DNA from: Candidatus Obscuribacterales bacterium
GTDB lineage: Bacteria; Cyanobacteriota; Vampirovibrionia; Obscuribacterales; Obscuribacteraceae
DNA length: 64,000 bases
Direction: 5' to 3'
Assembly (NCBI GenBank): GCA_965228855.1
Contig: CBDDIJ010000002.1
Coordinates: 288,001 to 352,000, forward strand
Under the pieces are notes generated by a model. The model was given only the letters and a program-made list of their open reading frames with translations, was not told where the DNA came from and made no database searches. How positions within the stretch are numbered: the stretch's first letter is position 1; every line of letters starts with the position of its first letter. Shown here in pieces: positions 9,475 to 20,152 of the stretch. Made by a program: the position numbers and the translations under genes.

Positions 9475-10965
9475 ATGGATAACTCACCGAAACCAAAACA
9501 AACTTTCGCAGTTACAATCGACAATTGCGACAAAGAGCAAATTCACATCCCTGGCTCCGTTCAAAGCTTCGGCGCTCTTATCGCTTTTGACTCGCAACAT
9601 CTCATTACCAGGGTCAGTGAAAACATTGAAAGTTTGATTGGTCAGAAAGCGATCGACTTGCTCGGAAAGCCGCTCGGCTCAATTATGGAAGACGGCGAAA
9701 TTGCCAAACTCGAAAGCGTCGACAATGACACGTTCTTCAGTTGCGTCAGCCTTCAACTTAAGGCAGGCGGGCCAATGACGGCCGTAGCACATGCGACCAA
9801 CGGCGAAAGTTACATCGATATCGTGAGCGACCCGCTCTCTTCCAAAACGGATTTCTTTCCGGTCATGCGCGAGATGGCGTCCGAGTTCTCAGCCGCGGCA
9901 AACGAGCAGCAGCTCGCACAGATCATTGCCGACAAGGTGCGTTTTATTTCCGGGTTCGATCGCGTAAAAGTCTACAAATTCGATGCCGAATGGAACGGCG
10001 CCGTCATCGCCGAAGCCAGAAAGCAATCCATGCCATCTTATAAGGGATTGCATTTTCCTGCTTCCGACATTCCGAAACAGGCACGTGAACTCTACATACG
10101 AAACCGACTGCGAGTGATCGCCGATGTAAACGATCCTCAGTCGCCGCTCGTCGAACGAGCAGATCTCAAACCGCTCGACATGAGCTTCTCCTTTGTTCGC
10201 AGCGTATCGCCAATCCACCTGCAGTATCTGAGAAACATGGACGTAGCAGCTTCTATGTCGATCTCGCTGTTTGAACGAAACAAGTTTTGGGGACTGATAG
10301 CTTGCCACAATGAAAAACCGCGTGCATTCAATCTGCATGAAGCGACGCTGTTTTATTCACTATCCGAATTTTGTTCAAACCGGCTCAGCGACTTGTACAG
10401 GATAAATGCTGGAGAGCAGAAAGAGGCGTATCTTTCGATAATTCAAGATCTCGTTTCCAACTTCAACCGCAATCGCAGAATCGAGTCACTGATTCACGAT
10501 AAGCCATCCGTAGACGATTTGATAATCAGCACCGGGAATGCCGTCGTCCTCGGGAAATCGATAGTAAAGAAAAACGCTGCGCCGGACGATTCCACCCTAC
10601 ATGGGCTTATAGCCTGGCTTGAGCGCGGCGGCGAAGATGTCTTTGCTTGCGACGACCTGCCGTCGAGATACGGCGAATCAATCGGTTCATACGCTTGTGG
10701 GCTGCTCGCCGCCAAGATTCCAAACGTTCCGCGCTCCTGGATCTTGTGGTTTAAACTTGAAATCACCACCGAGGTCGAATGGGCGGGTGACCCGTTCAAA
10801 CCAACAGAAGACAGCCCTTTCGGCGCGCGACTTTATCCGCGAACGTCATTCGAACTCTGGAAAGAAAACCGCAAAGGTCATTCGTCACCCTGGCAGCCGT
10901 GGGAGCTCGAGGCGGCACACTTCCTCGCCAAGATGCTCGGTCCAATCGCCGCCGCCGACGCCTAG
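9475..10965 (+). CDS. bphP: Bacteriophytochrome photosensory module (PAS-GAF-PHY) without output domain
   Basis: N-terminal NCDKEQIHIPG (biliverdin-binding Cys), PASDIP, SPIHLQYLRNM, WAGDP and PRTSF tongue motifs. Confidence 0.9.
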   Translation: MDNSPKPKQTFAVTIDNCDKEQIHIPGSVQSFGALIAFDSQHLITRVSENIESLIGQKAIDLLGKPLGSIMEDGEIAKLESVDNDTFFSCVSLQLKAGGPMTAVAHATNGESYIDIVSDPLSSKTDFFPVMREMASEFSAAANEQQLAQIIADKVRFISGFDRVKVYKFDAEWNGAVIAEARKQSMPSYKGLHFPASDIPKQARELYIRNRLRVIADVNDPQSPLVERADLKPLDMSFSFVRSVSPIHLQYLRNMDVAASMSISLFERNKFWGLIACHNEKPRAFNLHEATLFYSLSEFCSNRLSDLYRINAGEQKEAYLSIIQDLVSNFNRNRRIESLIHDKPSVDDLIISTGNAVVLGKSIVKKNAAPDDSTLHGLIAWLERGGEDVFACDDLPSRYGESIGSYACGLLAAKIPNVPRSWILWFKLEITTEVEWAGDPFKPTEDSPFGARLYPRTSFELWKENRKGHSSPWQPWELEAAHFLAKMLGPIAAADA

Positions 10966-10981
10966 CACGTCTCAACGCTTC

Positions 10982-11043
10982 CTACTATGTCCTAAACCTG
11001 AACCTGGCTACCTGGCTTGAAGCTTTACCATGTTCTATAGTAG
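10982..11043. repeat. Octamer pair without central palindrome
   Basis: CTACTATG 10982-10989 and TATAGTAG 11036-11043 between convergent genes. Confidence 0.6.
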
Positions 11044-11135
11044 CTGATCCTTGAAAAGGAACAGGACCGGCATGAGGCTCCGCGATTCAACCTTGATTGG
11101 TCGATGTCGCGAAGCCGCCCGGTTCCTGTTCTGTA

Positions 11136-11639
11136 TCACGAGTGCTGCATGACGAGAGCGTCACAACGCTTGCGCAGCGGCTTGTTCGCGTCGGAGTTGA
11201 AGTCGGCTCGCAGCTGGTGGATGCGTTGAATCGCGGACTTGTCGTCAGCACGAATCTCTTCCACCGAAACAATCGAACCAACCAACGCGACAAACGCCAC
11301 AGCTTTATTGACACCATCGATAGCACCATTCGAGATCATCAGTTTGTTTTTTTCTTCTTCGGTGCTGATGCCAAAGCACTTCACACCGTCCTTGGCGAAA
11401 CGCGCAACAACCGCCGGTCCCTCGATGGGATTCTCAGCGAATTGATCGATGGTGCCGTCTACCAGCGCGACATCGAAGTCGGTGGCGAGGGTGACATCGT
11501 TGTCGTCTACATCGACGGCTAGCAGCGTTTCGAGATTGCGAAAGCCGACCACGCATTGAACCTGGTGACCTTGCGCCTGCAACACTTCGGATAGACCTTT
11601 CGCGAGAGCGCGAAAGTCCTCGACTATTAGAACTTTCAT
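11136..11639 (-). CDS. Atypical response-regulator receiver-domain protein
   Basis: MKVLIVED start, DVALVDG phospho-acceptor region, ST and K motifs; AAGGAGG RBS. Confidence 0.75.
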   Translation of the reverse strand: MKVLIVEDFRALAKGLSEVLQAQGHQVQCVVGFRNLETLLAVDVDDNDVTLATDFDVALVDGTIDQFAENPIEGPAVVARFAKDGVKCFGISTEEEKNKLMISNGAIDGVNKAVAFVALVGSIVSVEEIRADDKSAIQRIHQLRADFNSDANKPLRKRCDALVMQHS

Positions 11640-12391
11640 GATTGCCTCCTTTTCCGGTTGCCCGGAATTAGAGGGACTACTCGTCGAAAACGGCGGGTAT
11701 CCCACTGGGTTTCGAGCTCAATCCACAAACACCGGACGGCGCTATCAAACACGGGGCAACGAGCCGGGTGCGTGATATCTAAATTAGTTGCGCAGAGATA
11801 GGTGTTTGTAAGTTCAGCTCAGGTTTGAATTGAAAACATGTGCAGCCCACCATAGACCTCTCGATCTCCTATGGCAATATCAAGATTAAACGGAGAAGTG
11901 TGATTAAGAAGTTCCGCGCACGACATTAGATCTATGTTTCGGGAACAGCTTGATGATTCGGGAAATTGAACTTGCAAATGTAGTGAACTAGCGCCGCTAG
12001 CGGACGATTGATCCAAAGTTCGCGCTATCAATGCAAACCGTTAACACCGGTTAATCTTCAAACTTAAACTGCGACACTCGAGAGCCTCCGACTTTTGAGT
12101 ACAAATATCAAAAGAGATTTTGCCGGAGAGGCAGTCATCATGGCACTTTTCGCACCAACGTCATCCGACGTTTTGATATTTCGAATTCGTTGATCTGGAT
12201 TGGACGCAGGACTATTCTTGGTTTATCTCTCTTCCGCACATTTTTCGAGCGTTATTTCCAGCCCAGCCAAACTTTGACAGACTTCCGGCTCTCCACTCGT
12301 CCCACCGAATCGGGATGGGTCTCACTGACGCTGTAAACGGTTTCAAACCAATCCAAACAAACCCCAAGACCATAGGGAGTAAGGTGATGCT

Positions 12392-12709
12392 ATGAACGCC
12401 ACATTCCACAAGATTCTGCGCAACGGCCCGCTGTTTCTCGACCAGAACGGCTGCTGGCACGTCAACCGCTCGTCCGAACTCGACCTTGAAGGCAAACTGC
12501 TCAACGGTCATCCGAGCGAATTCGGCTACCTGTCAGCCATCCGCGAAGTCGCTGATGTCGAGACCGAGGAAAGCTTCAACGGCACACGCGTCGAGTACAT
12601 CGGAATCGCCGAGATCGTCGAAAGCCTTGCCGATTTCGCTGACGCCGACTTCGCCGAACAGTACCGAGCGGTCGCCCGCCTGGTTCGCGAATACGCCAAC
12701 AATCTGTAA
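12392..12709 (+). CDS. Hypothetical protein
   Basis: AAGGTG RBS; C/G3 codon bias. Confidence 0.7.
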   Translation: MNATFHKILRNGPLFLDQNGCWHVNRSSELDLEGKLLNGHPSEFGYLSAIREVADVETEESFNGTRVEYIGIAEIVESLADFADADFAEQYRAVARLVREYANNL

Positions 12710-12800
12710 GGAGACGAACTCAACGATGGAAACTGACGACAGCGAGCCAATGACAGAACCGTAGAAGCCCTGCTTTTACGGTTTTGTCCTCAACCTCCCC

Positions 12801-12950
12801 CTACTATATTCCAGCGTACTCCGCGACACCCCCAGATCCTTCTACAGCACGGCTCTCCGAGACTTACGCTTATGAAACCAACACCAGAAATTGCGATTTG
12901 GCTATCACTCGTTGCCGGATTGACAGAAATCCGGCAACGACTCATAGACA
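12801..12950. repeat. Octamer/palindrome module
   Basis: CTACTATA 12801-12808; palindrome 12899-12950 (gap 90). Confidence 0.85.
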
Positions 12951-12961
12951 AAACCAATGGG

Positions 12962-13195
12962 TCATGCCCGTTTCGTGAGACAGAGCAAACGGACACCCAC
13001 AAAGCGTGTGCATTCTATAACTGGCAAACAAAACATACAGAAGAGCACGCTAAGGCAAACCAAGAATCCGGCTACTGCCGCTAGACCGAAGAATGCCAAC
13101 GCGAATATGTTCATGAGCGCAGCACCACCACCGGAACAATAGGTGGCACCAAGAGCGGCGGAACAAACAATGAGAATAATGCCGGTTTTTGTCAT
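12962..13195 (-). CDS. Small membrane protein
   Basis: Two hydrophobic stretches; AGGATGG upstream. Confidence 0.5.
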   Translation of the reverse strand: MTKTGIILIVCSAALGATYCSGGGAALMNIFALAFFGLAAVAGFLVCLSVLFCMFCLPVIECTRFVGVRLLCLTKRA

Positions 13196-13609
13196 GAATC
13201 CATCCTATCATCGCTTCGATTCCAGCACCAAACAGCGCCGACTGACGGCCTCGCCATAAGCCGAGCGCGTTGAAGCTATCGGCAGATCAACGAAAATGGT
13301 GACGAGTCTCAATTTCGATATTGGCTTATATCCGATGCGGCTTTCTCGCCATGAGCTTCACGCGGAATTAATGGTTAATTCGAATGCTTAAAACACTGTC
13401 AGACACTCTTTCTTATTGACTCACCGCCTTAAAGAAGTCAGGTTCAGATTATAAATCTTAGATTCTGTTTAAACCCAAAGAGCCTTAAACCAAGAACATC
13501 TCCGCTATCTCCAATTAGACACTCAGTGACAAGCGTCACTCTGATTTCTGTTTCCAGAACCTGAGTACATCAGCCGTTCGCTCATGTACTCCAAACCAGG
13601 GAGAAGACT

Positions 13610-14410
13610 ATGATTCAAATCTCCAGAATCGACGTTCGTCACGGACTGCTCACAAACAGCGGCGTTTGCATCGGACGCAACGTTGAACAGGTGGACATCG
13701 ATCTCACGACGGCACGGAGCGCAAAAGCCAGAGACCTGCTGGAACGCGGCGTCTCGCAAGCCCGGATGTACAACATCGACGCGTCACGCCGCTCCTTTTG
13801 CGACGCATCGGAAACTGCGCGTCGAGACAAAGACGGCTTCGTTGAAGCGGCAGCTGGAACGCTGCTCGCGCTGCAAGCCGACGGTATGACCAACACTTCA
13901 TCCCAGTCGTACTTCCTGCAACAGGCGCTCAAGGCGCTCGACTTCGAGATCTTCGGATGGTCGCAACAGTTTCTCGACGATGCCGCACCGCGCGACGTCT
14001 CCGCTCCGATCCTCCAGCCGCGCAACACTCTGCGCGAACTGATCGTTGACAATCTCGAGCAGTTTAACTTGCGGCAGGATAGCTTGCTGATCGCCGAAAC
14101 CCGGACCAACATCAACCGGCTCCTGGCGCAAGGAAACTGGCTGCAGGCTGGCAATGTCGCAAAAATCGGCATGGAGAACGCGACCGAGATGTTCGGCGAA
14201 AATCACTGGTGGGTTGCGGTGATGCTCGTGCGACGCGCGACGGCTCTGCTGCGGCAACAGCAAGCGAAGATGGCGCAGCCACTGGTCAAGCGGGCGGCTT
14301 ACATCTTCGCCGAATGGACAGACTTCACCGCGGGCGGTGGCGTCTTCAAACAAGAGTTGGACATTCTCACGACCGCCGAGAGCGACCTTCGGTTGTTCGC
14401 GGTTGGCTGA
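13610..14410 (+). CDS. TPR-like hypothetical protein
   Basis: GGGAG RBS; kinesin-light-chain-type TPR pattern (MFGENHWWVA). Confidence 0.65.
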   Translation: MIQISRIDVRHGLLTNSGVCIGRNVEQVDIDLTTARSAKARDLLERGVSQARMYNIDASRRSFCDASETARRDKDGFVEAAAGTLLALQADGMTNTSSQSYFLQQALKALDFEIFGWSQQFLDDAAPRDVSAPILQPRNTLRELIVDNLEQFNLRQDSLLIAETRTNINRLLAQGNWLQAGNVAKIGMENATEMFGENHWWVAVMLVRRATALLRQQQAKMAQPLVKRAAYIFAEWTDFTAGGGVFKQELDILTTAESDLRLFAVG

Positions 14411-14474
14411 GAGAGCAGCGTTTTCACAACGCAATTTTTTTCTTCCACCACAACACTCTCGAAAGGTCACTACC

Positions 14475-15494
14475 ATGAAAATCGTTCACAAGCTGTTCGA
14501 CAGCAGCGCGACGAACCTCGTCGCTTTCGCCGAATCGGGCGAGGGTTTCACCGAACTCCGCAACCACGGCATGTTCGTGAGTGGAAGCTTCCTCGACGGC
14601 GACCGCTTCGAGGACTTCTTCGCGAAGCGCGCCGAAGGCGACTACGGCTTCTCGCACGTCGGCATGCGCAGCTACCTCACTGGCGTTGGCGACACGTCCG
14701 AGACTCGCAAGGAGCTGGAGGCGCTGTTCGTCGATATCCAGCGCAACTCGCTGCGCCGCGTGACGCGCGGGTGCAAGGAACAGGAAGCGCTCGAGATGCG
14801 CATCGACGGTTCCAGTGCGTCGTGCGTGCGCACCAGCAAGGACGGGCGCTACATCGCTATCGGCGACGGCGAGGGCGTCTTCGAGTTGTGGAACATGGAC
14901 GGCAAACCCTATCGGCTGATGGTTGCCGACCTCGGACACGGCGCCAGCATCAGCGATATCTGCTACAGTCGATCCAATCTCGACGTCCTGGTCGCCACCA
15001 CGAGCGGTGACCTGTGCCTGGTTGACACGGCGCGCAATGAGTCGGAACTGCTGCACTGCGAAAACCAGCTCCCGTTCTACAGCATCGACGGGCAGCACGA
15101 GGGCAACGGCTGGGTCTGCGGCGGCGACAGCGAGGTGCTCTGGTTCATCCAGACGAAGGGCGTCGGCATGGACAAAACGGTCCACGCTGAGGAAATCCCG
15201 TTCCGGCTGGAACGGCGCCAGATGTTCACCGGCGTGCCCTTCCACGTCGTCCCCGGCATGCTCAACAGCTGGGTGGGCTGCATCCGCACCGGTGTCGGCA
15301 GCTATATTCGCCGCGTCCGTTTCCTCACCGACGAGCTCGTCTGCGTGATGGGTCCGGAGGCTACCGAGGTCTGGAGCATCGAAGGGAAGGAACCGCAGGT
15401 GGTGGCGCGCAAGCGTCACGATTCCGATTGCCGCCTGCTCGGCTTCGGCGGCACGGAGGAGCTGGTGACGGTTTCCTTGGGGCGCCCGATGTGA
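14475..15494 (+). CDS. WD40/beta-propeller-like protein
   Basis: SKDGRYIAIGDGEGVFELWN-type WD repeat; AAGG RBS. Confidence 0.7.
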   Translation: MKIVHKLFDSSATNLVAFAESGEGFTELRNHGMFVSGSFLDGDRFEDFFAKRAEGDYGFSHVGMRSYLTGVGDTSETRKELEALFVDIQRNSLRRVTRGCKEQEALEMRIDGSSASCVRTSKDGRYIAIGDGEGVFELWNMDGKPYRLMVADLGHGASISDICYSRSNLDVLVATTSGDLCLVDTARNESELLHCENQLPFYSIDGQHEGNGWVCGGDSEVLWFIQTKGVGMDKTVHAEEIPFRLERRQMFTGVPFHVVPGMLNSWVGCIRTGVGSYIRRVRFLTDELVCVMGPEATEVWSIEGKEPQVVARKRHDSDCRLLGFGGTEELVTVSLGRPM

Positions 15495-15564
15495 TTGTTT
15501 GACCGACAGCCGCCGGGGAAGAAGCTTGGAATGCTTCTCCCCCGGCGCGCTTTCAAAACCCTCT

Positions 15565-15733
15565 CTACTATATTCCGGCGTATTGAAAACCCTCCTACTA
15601 TATTCCAGCGTATTCAAAAATCACGCAGAATCCCGACTCCAGCTGCATTTAACCAGCGGACCTCTAAACGTTGACCCGATTTGTCTACGCTACGATGCCG
15701 GAATTTCGAAAATCCGTCTACGCACCATAGACA
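15565..15733. repeat. Octamer/palindrome module with 30-bp duplicated end
   Basis: CTACTATA 15565 and 15595 in a 30-bp tandem duplication; palindrome 15682-15733 (gap 79). Confidence 0.9.
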
Positions 15734-16087
15734 AACAAATACTCAAACATTCTTCAAGGAAGACGCGATAGCTCGCGCACGCCATTCGCTCTGGCGGGCA
15801 ACAACTGAAAGCCCGCCGGGAGCGCGAGCTGCTGGACATTTTGCCCAGTTGTAAAGAGATATTATTTGCAACACTGTTACATCCATAACAGTGATTCTGT
15901 TTTAGATCTAATGGCAAGTTGAGTTTATAACCAACAAAAAACTCTTTCAGCCAAGACTATCACCCACAAACCAATCGGCTGCAACTTAACTGGAAATCGC
16001 TTGAGCACCATCTGTGCTGCGGTTTCTGCTCGCCTGCGTTCACGCGGTGCGAATTCTTCTTACTCCAACGGAACGAAAGGTAAGACG

Positions 16088-16540
16088 ATGTTCCAATCGA
16101 AGAAAACCTTCCTCGCCGCCCGCCACACCAACTCGTTCGACCAGAACGCACAGCGCGCGCTCGGCTACCTCGCCAAGCTCAACACGCTGCAAGCCAACGC
16201 CTACGATCGCGGCGACGGCGCCGGATTCGACGCCTGCCTGCGCGCCAAGAACGCCGCCGTCGTCGCATTCGCAATCGCACACCGCGAGCGGCGCTACGGC
16301 TTCGCCACCGACATCATCGACACCATCGATGTCATCGCCCGCAACGTCGTCACCATCAACGCCGAGGAGGACTGCGGCACCATCGTCAGCGGTCTCGCCG
16401 ACGCGGTCGCCTACCTCACCGAGCGCCTCCCCGGCGTCTGCACCATCAGCGGCGGCGGCGTCGTCATCCTCCGCGGAGACCACGTCACCGCCGCGATGCG
16501 CGACATCGTCGCCCACAACGACAACCGCAAGGTCGCCTGA
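16088..16540 (+). CDS. Hypothetical protein
   Basis: AAGG RBS; extreme C-ending codon bias. Confidence 0.75.
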   Translation: MFQSKKTFLAARHTNSFDQNAQRALGYLAKLNTLQANAYDRGDGAGFDACLRAKNAAVVAFAIAHRERRYGFATDIIDTIDVIARNVVTINAEEDCGTIVSGLADAVAYLTERLPGVCTISGGGVVILRGDHVTAAMRDIVAHNDNRKVA

Positions 16541-16756
16541 GCGACCTCCCCGATGAGAGGCGGTGCTTCCAGTGCCGCTTCTCGTCTGCGGTTCGGCATA
16601 TTCGAAACTGAGTTCCTCGTCCAGAACCTACTCACCCACCCATCCGGTTTCTGGTCCCAATTTGCTCCAGCGCATAAAACCGCTGGCGCTGCTCGATTTC
16701 GGAAATAGCTGAGCTGTAAAACATCAACCAACCCACAAACCCAAAGGAACTGAAAA

Positions 16757-17209
16757 ATGACCAAGACCACCCCTCCCACCGTCACCGAACTCCCCGCTGC
16801 GCTGCACATCCCCGTCAGCGTGCTGGCCCAGATGCCGGAGAAGCTCCGCCTCCTCGGTGTAACGATCCGCGCCTGCTCGAAGGTCGTCGGCGCCTCTCGC
16901 GACAAGTTCCGCGAGGGTCACGAGCCCGTTCGCGAAGCCTACAACGACGCCAACGGCACGGCCAACTGCATCGTCAACGCCATCGCCGAGCTCTCCGCTC
17001 AGGAATCGCCGGAAATGGCTCCGGTCATCAAGTCGGCGCGTGCGGCCCAAGCGCTCACGAGCTCCATCTACAAGGTCTGCGGCAACATCCACAACGATGA
17101 CTGCTTCAAGACCACGTTCGGAGACGTCGCTACGGTGAACGCCACGGTCAACGCTCTCGGCGCCTGCGGCGACGAGATTCGCGAAACGCTTCGCAAGTTC
17201 GGCTACTGA
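16757..17209 (+). CDS. Hypothetical helical protein
   Basis: AAGGA RBS; C-ending codon bias; followed by hairpin 17216-17249. Confidence 0.75.
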   Translation: MTKTTPPTVTELPAALHIPVSVLAQMPEKLRLLGVTIRACSKVVGASRDKFREGHEPVREAYNDANGTANCIVNAIAELSAQESPEMAPVIKSARAAQALTSSIYKVCGNIHNDDCFKTTFGDVATVNATVNALGACGDEIRETLRKFGY

Positions 17210-17267
17210 GCTGACGGTGGGAAGAGGGCGCATGCGCCCTCTTCTCACCAAACTCTTCGAACCCCGC

Positions 17268-17857
17268 CTACTATGTCATCTAATGATTCCCTGGACCGTC
17301 CCAGCCCAGGCCTGTTAGGTTTCCAGGATCAGCGCTAATTCAGCCCTCCATTTTGTCTATCGTAGAATGCCGGATTTCGCGAAAAGCGGCATTCCAGGAG
17401 CGACAAATCGCCATTCAAGGCATCCACTGACATCAACAGCCAAGGTCAAACAAGTACGCCTGTATGGCTTTGGGGGCTCCTCAAAGTACTTCCTTCTATA
17501 GTAAATAGGGGACTGATTCAGCCCTCCATTTTGTCTATCGTAGAATGCCGGATTTCGCGAAAAGCGGCATTCCAGCAGCGACAAATCGCCTTTCAAGGCA
17601 TCCACTGACATCAACGACAAAGGTCAAATAAGTGCGCCTGTAAGGCATTTCGGACTTCTCCAAAATACTGCCTTTTATAGTAGACAAGGACATTCAGCAC
17701 TCCATTTTGTCTATCGTAGAATGCCGGATTTCGCGAAAAGCGGCATTCCAGGAGCGACAAATCGCCATTCGAGCATCCACTGACATCAACAGCCAAGGTC
17801 AAACAAGTACGCCTGTAAGGCATTTCGGATTTGACGAGATACTCTCTTCTATAGTAG
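17268..17857. repeat. Three tandem ~177-bp copies of the palindrome+octamer module
   Basis: CTACTATG 17268; palindromes 17354-17405, 17532-17583, 17708-17759; TATAGTA[AG] at 17497, 17676, 17850. Confidence 0.95.
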
Positions 17858-17914
17858 CAAAATTTTAGAAAGAGCGCAGACCGGGGGGGGTCTGCGCTCA
17901 GGAAAAAACGTCGG

Positions 17915-18499
17915 TCAGCGGCGCTTGCCGGACTGCTCCTTCGCCTTCATGAACTTGTACATCCGTTCCCAGTTCGCGAGGAAGAGCTTCGCTCGCGACT
18001 CTGATTTGATGAAATCCATCTCGTTGGCCTGTTTGCTTGCGGAGTTGGAGAGGTTCCAACTACCGCTGTAGGTCCACAGACCATCGATAACGGTGTACTT
18101 GTGGTGCATGATCTGTCCGTATGATTCGGACTTGCCGATCACCACCTCGATGCCCGCCGCTCGCAGTTTTTCCACCTGCTCCTTAGCGTCGGGTCCACCG
18201 CTCTGCGACTGGTCCAACAACACTCGGACAGTGACGCCGCGAGTTTCCTTCAGCCATATCAACTTGGCGGTGATGTCGTCATGGGTCAGCGAGTACGCTG
18301 CCATGTTGACCGACTTCTGAGCCTTGTCGAGAAACTTCAGGTAGGCGTCGATGCCGTTGTCGTAGGGCGTAAACAGCGTCTCGATATAGTCCTGCGGGTC
18401 GACACCATCGCGCGGCATCTGATACCCGTAGTACGTGCCAGCACCAAAGGTGGTGGCAAGCAAGGCGAGGCTTAGTAAGATGTTTCTCAGCATCTTCAT
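17915..18499 (-). CDS. Phospholipase D family (Nuc-like) single-HKD protein with N-terminal anchor
   Basis: MHHKYTVIDG...SGSWNLS motif; hairpin terminator 17872-17899. Confidence 0.88.
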   Translation of the reverse strand: MKMLRNILLSLALLATTFGAGTYYGYQMPRDGVDPQDYIETLFTPYDNGIDAYLKFLDKAQKSVNMAAYSLTHDDITAKLIWLKETRGVTVRVLLDQSQSGGPDAKEQVEKLRAAGIEVVIGKSESYGQIMHHKYTVIDGLWTYSGSWNLSNSASKQANEMDFIKSESRAKLFLANWERMYKFMKAKEQSGKRR

Positions 18500-18587
18500 G
18501 GAAGAAGTCTTTCGAAGTTGGAGCGTTTTCGCTCTCAGTAATTGAAAGACGGGGAGACAGACAGCGCCTGCCTCCCCGTAAAGAAAC

Positions 18588-19958
18588 TTACTTCGCCGCC
18601 ATCAGCGCTTCGATGTCGGCGACGGTTTTCGGCACACCGGCAGTGATGACTTCACAGCCGTCCGCGGTGATCACCACATCGTCCTCGATGCGGATGCCAA
18701 TGCCGCGATAGCGCTTGGGAACGAGCTTGTCGTCCTTCGGCAAGTAGAGACCCGGCTCCACCGTGATCACCATCCCTGGTGCCAGGGGGAGAGCCTTGCC
18801 CTCTTTCTTCTCGACGCCACAAACGTCGTGCACGTCGAGACCGAGCCAGTGACTCGTCCCGTGCATGAACCAGCGCGCGGTGTGAGCCAGACTCTTCTCC
18901 GTGCCGCGCGATTCCGCCGAGGCCACGGCTTTGTCGTGGGCGCTCTTCTTGAGCATCTTCTTGGGCAGGATGCCCAACTCGACGAGACCGCGACGAAGCG
19001 CGTTGTCGGCAGCCGCGTGCACCTTGTTGATGGAAGCACCCGGCTTTGCAGCGCGAATGGCAGCCAGCTGAGCGGCAAGAACCACATCGTAGACTTCACG
19101 CTGAGCATCACTGAACTTGCCGTTGACCGGATAGGTTCGGGTGATGTCTGCCGCGTAACCGCAGTACTCGAGACCGGCGTCGACGAGCAGCAAGTCGCCA
19201 TCCGCGAGCGCTTCCGCGTTGGTGTTGTAGTGGAGAATCACCGCATTGTTTCCGCCGGCGGCGATGGTGTTGTAAGCGCGCTCGGGAGCGCCCTTCGCCG
19301 CACCGTAGCCTTCGATGATGCCCTGAATGGCATACTCGAACATGCCCGGACTGACCTGCCGCATCGCCTCGCAGTGCGCCTGCGCCGAGATTTCGGCGAC
19401 ATGACGCATGAGGTCGAGTTCGACCGGTTCCTTCACATGCCGCATGGCATGCAGGATGTCCTCCGGGTTATGCAGCGACGCCTGACGAACCAGCCAGAGC
19501 GCGCGGAACTTCTCGTCGATCTTCGGGTTCCGGTTGAAGCGGTAGAAGACGTCGTTGACGCCCTCCAGCAGCTCCTCCATCACCGAAGAGAAATCGTCGA
19601 CACTGTGCGCTTCGTGACAGTCGAAGTTCGCCCTGGCACCGGCGGTGCCCAGACGGCGTCCCGTCCAGGTTTCACGCTCGGCGTCCTTGGGACGCACGAA
19701 CATGATGAAACGGTTTTGCCCCTTCGACTTCTTGAACACGAGCACCGCACCCGGCTCCGAAAAACCGCTCAGGTAGAGGATGTCGGACGACGGACGGTAG
19801 GTGTACTCGGTGTCGTTACTGCGAGTCATCTCGGGATTGCCGACGATGATCGCAACGGAATCAACCGGAAGGCGATTGAAAAACTCTTTTCGCCGCCCGG
19901 CGAAGAACGAGCGCGCCAAGCGGGGTGCGCTCGCCTTCGGGGTAGTTGTTTTTGCCAT
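18588..19958 (-). CDS. pepP: Xaa-Pro aminopeptidase (M24B)
   Basis: LLVDAG, ADITRT, HGTSHWLGLDVHD, TVEPGLY, GIRIEDD motifs. Confidence 0.95.
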   Translation of the reverse strand: MAKTTTPKASAPRLARSFFAGRRKEFFNRLPVDSVAIIVGNPEMTRSNDTEYTYRPSSDILYLSGFSEPGAVLVFKKSKGQNRFIMFVRPKDAERETWTGRRLGTAGARANFDCHEAHSVDDFSSVMEELLEGVNDVFYRFNRNPKIDEKFRALWLVRQASLHNPEDILHAMRHVKEPVELDLMRHVAEISAQAHCEAMRQVSPGMFEYAIQGIIEGYGAAKGAPERAYNTIAAGGNNAVILHYNTNAEALADGDLLLVDAGLEYCGYAADITRTYPVNGKFSDAQREVYDVVLAAQLAAIRAAKPGASINKVHAAADNALRRGLVELGILPKKMLKKSAHDKAVASAESRGTEKSLAHTARWFMHGTSHWLGLDVHDVCGVEKKEGKALPLAPGMVITVEPGLYLPKDDKLVPKRYRGIGIRIEDDVVITADGCEVITAGVPKTVADIEALMAAK

Positions 19959-20152
19959 GTGTTACCTCTCTTTTTCGATTTCTCGAAATTAAGAAACCGC
20001 GGGGAGCGCCGCTTGGCGCTCTCCGCGGGGTTTGCCGGAAATCGGCACTGGGAGGGAATCTCCGAATCAAATGGGGAAGGAGCCACAAATTGCAGACTAT
20101 GCGCGAACAAAACACTCGCGCCTAATCACTGCAATCAATGACCTCCTGCGAA

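Noticed and set aside
17340..17857. CRISPR array
   Set aside because: Whole ~177-bp units are similar to each other; there are no unique spacers and no cas genes in the window.
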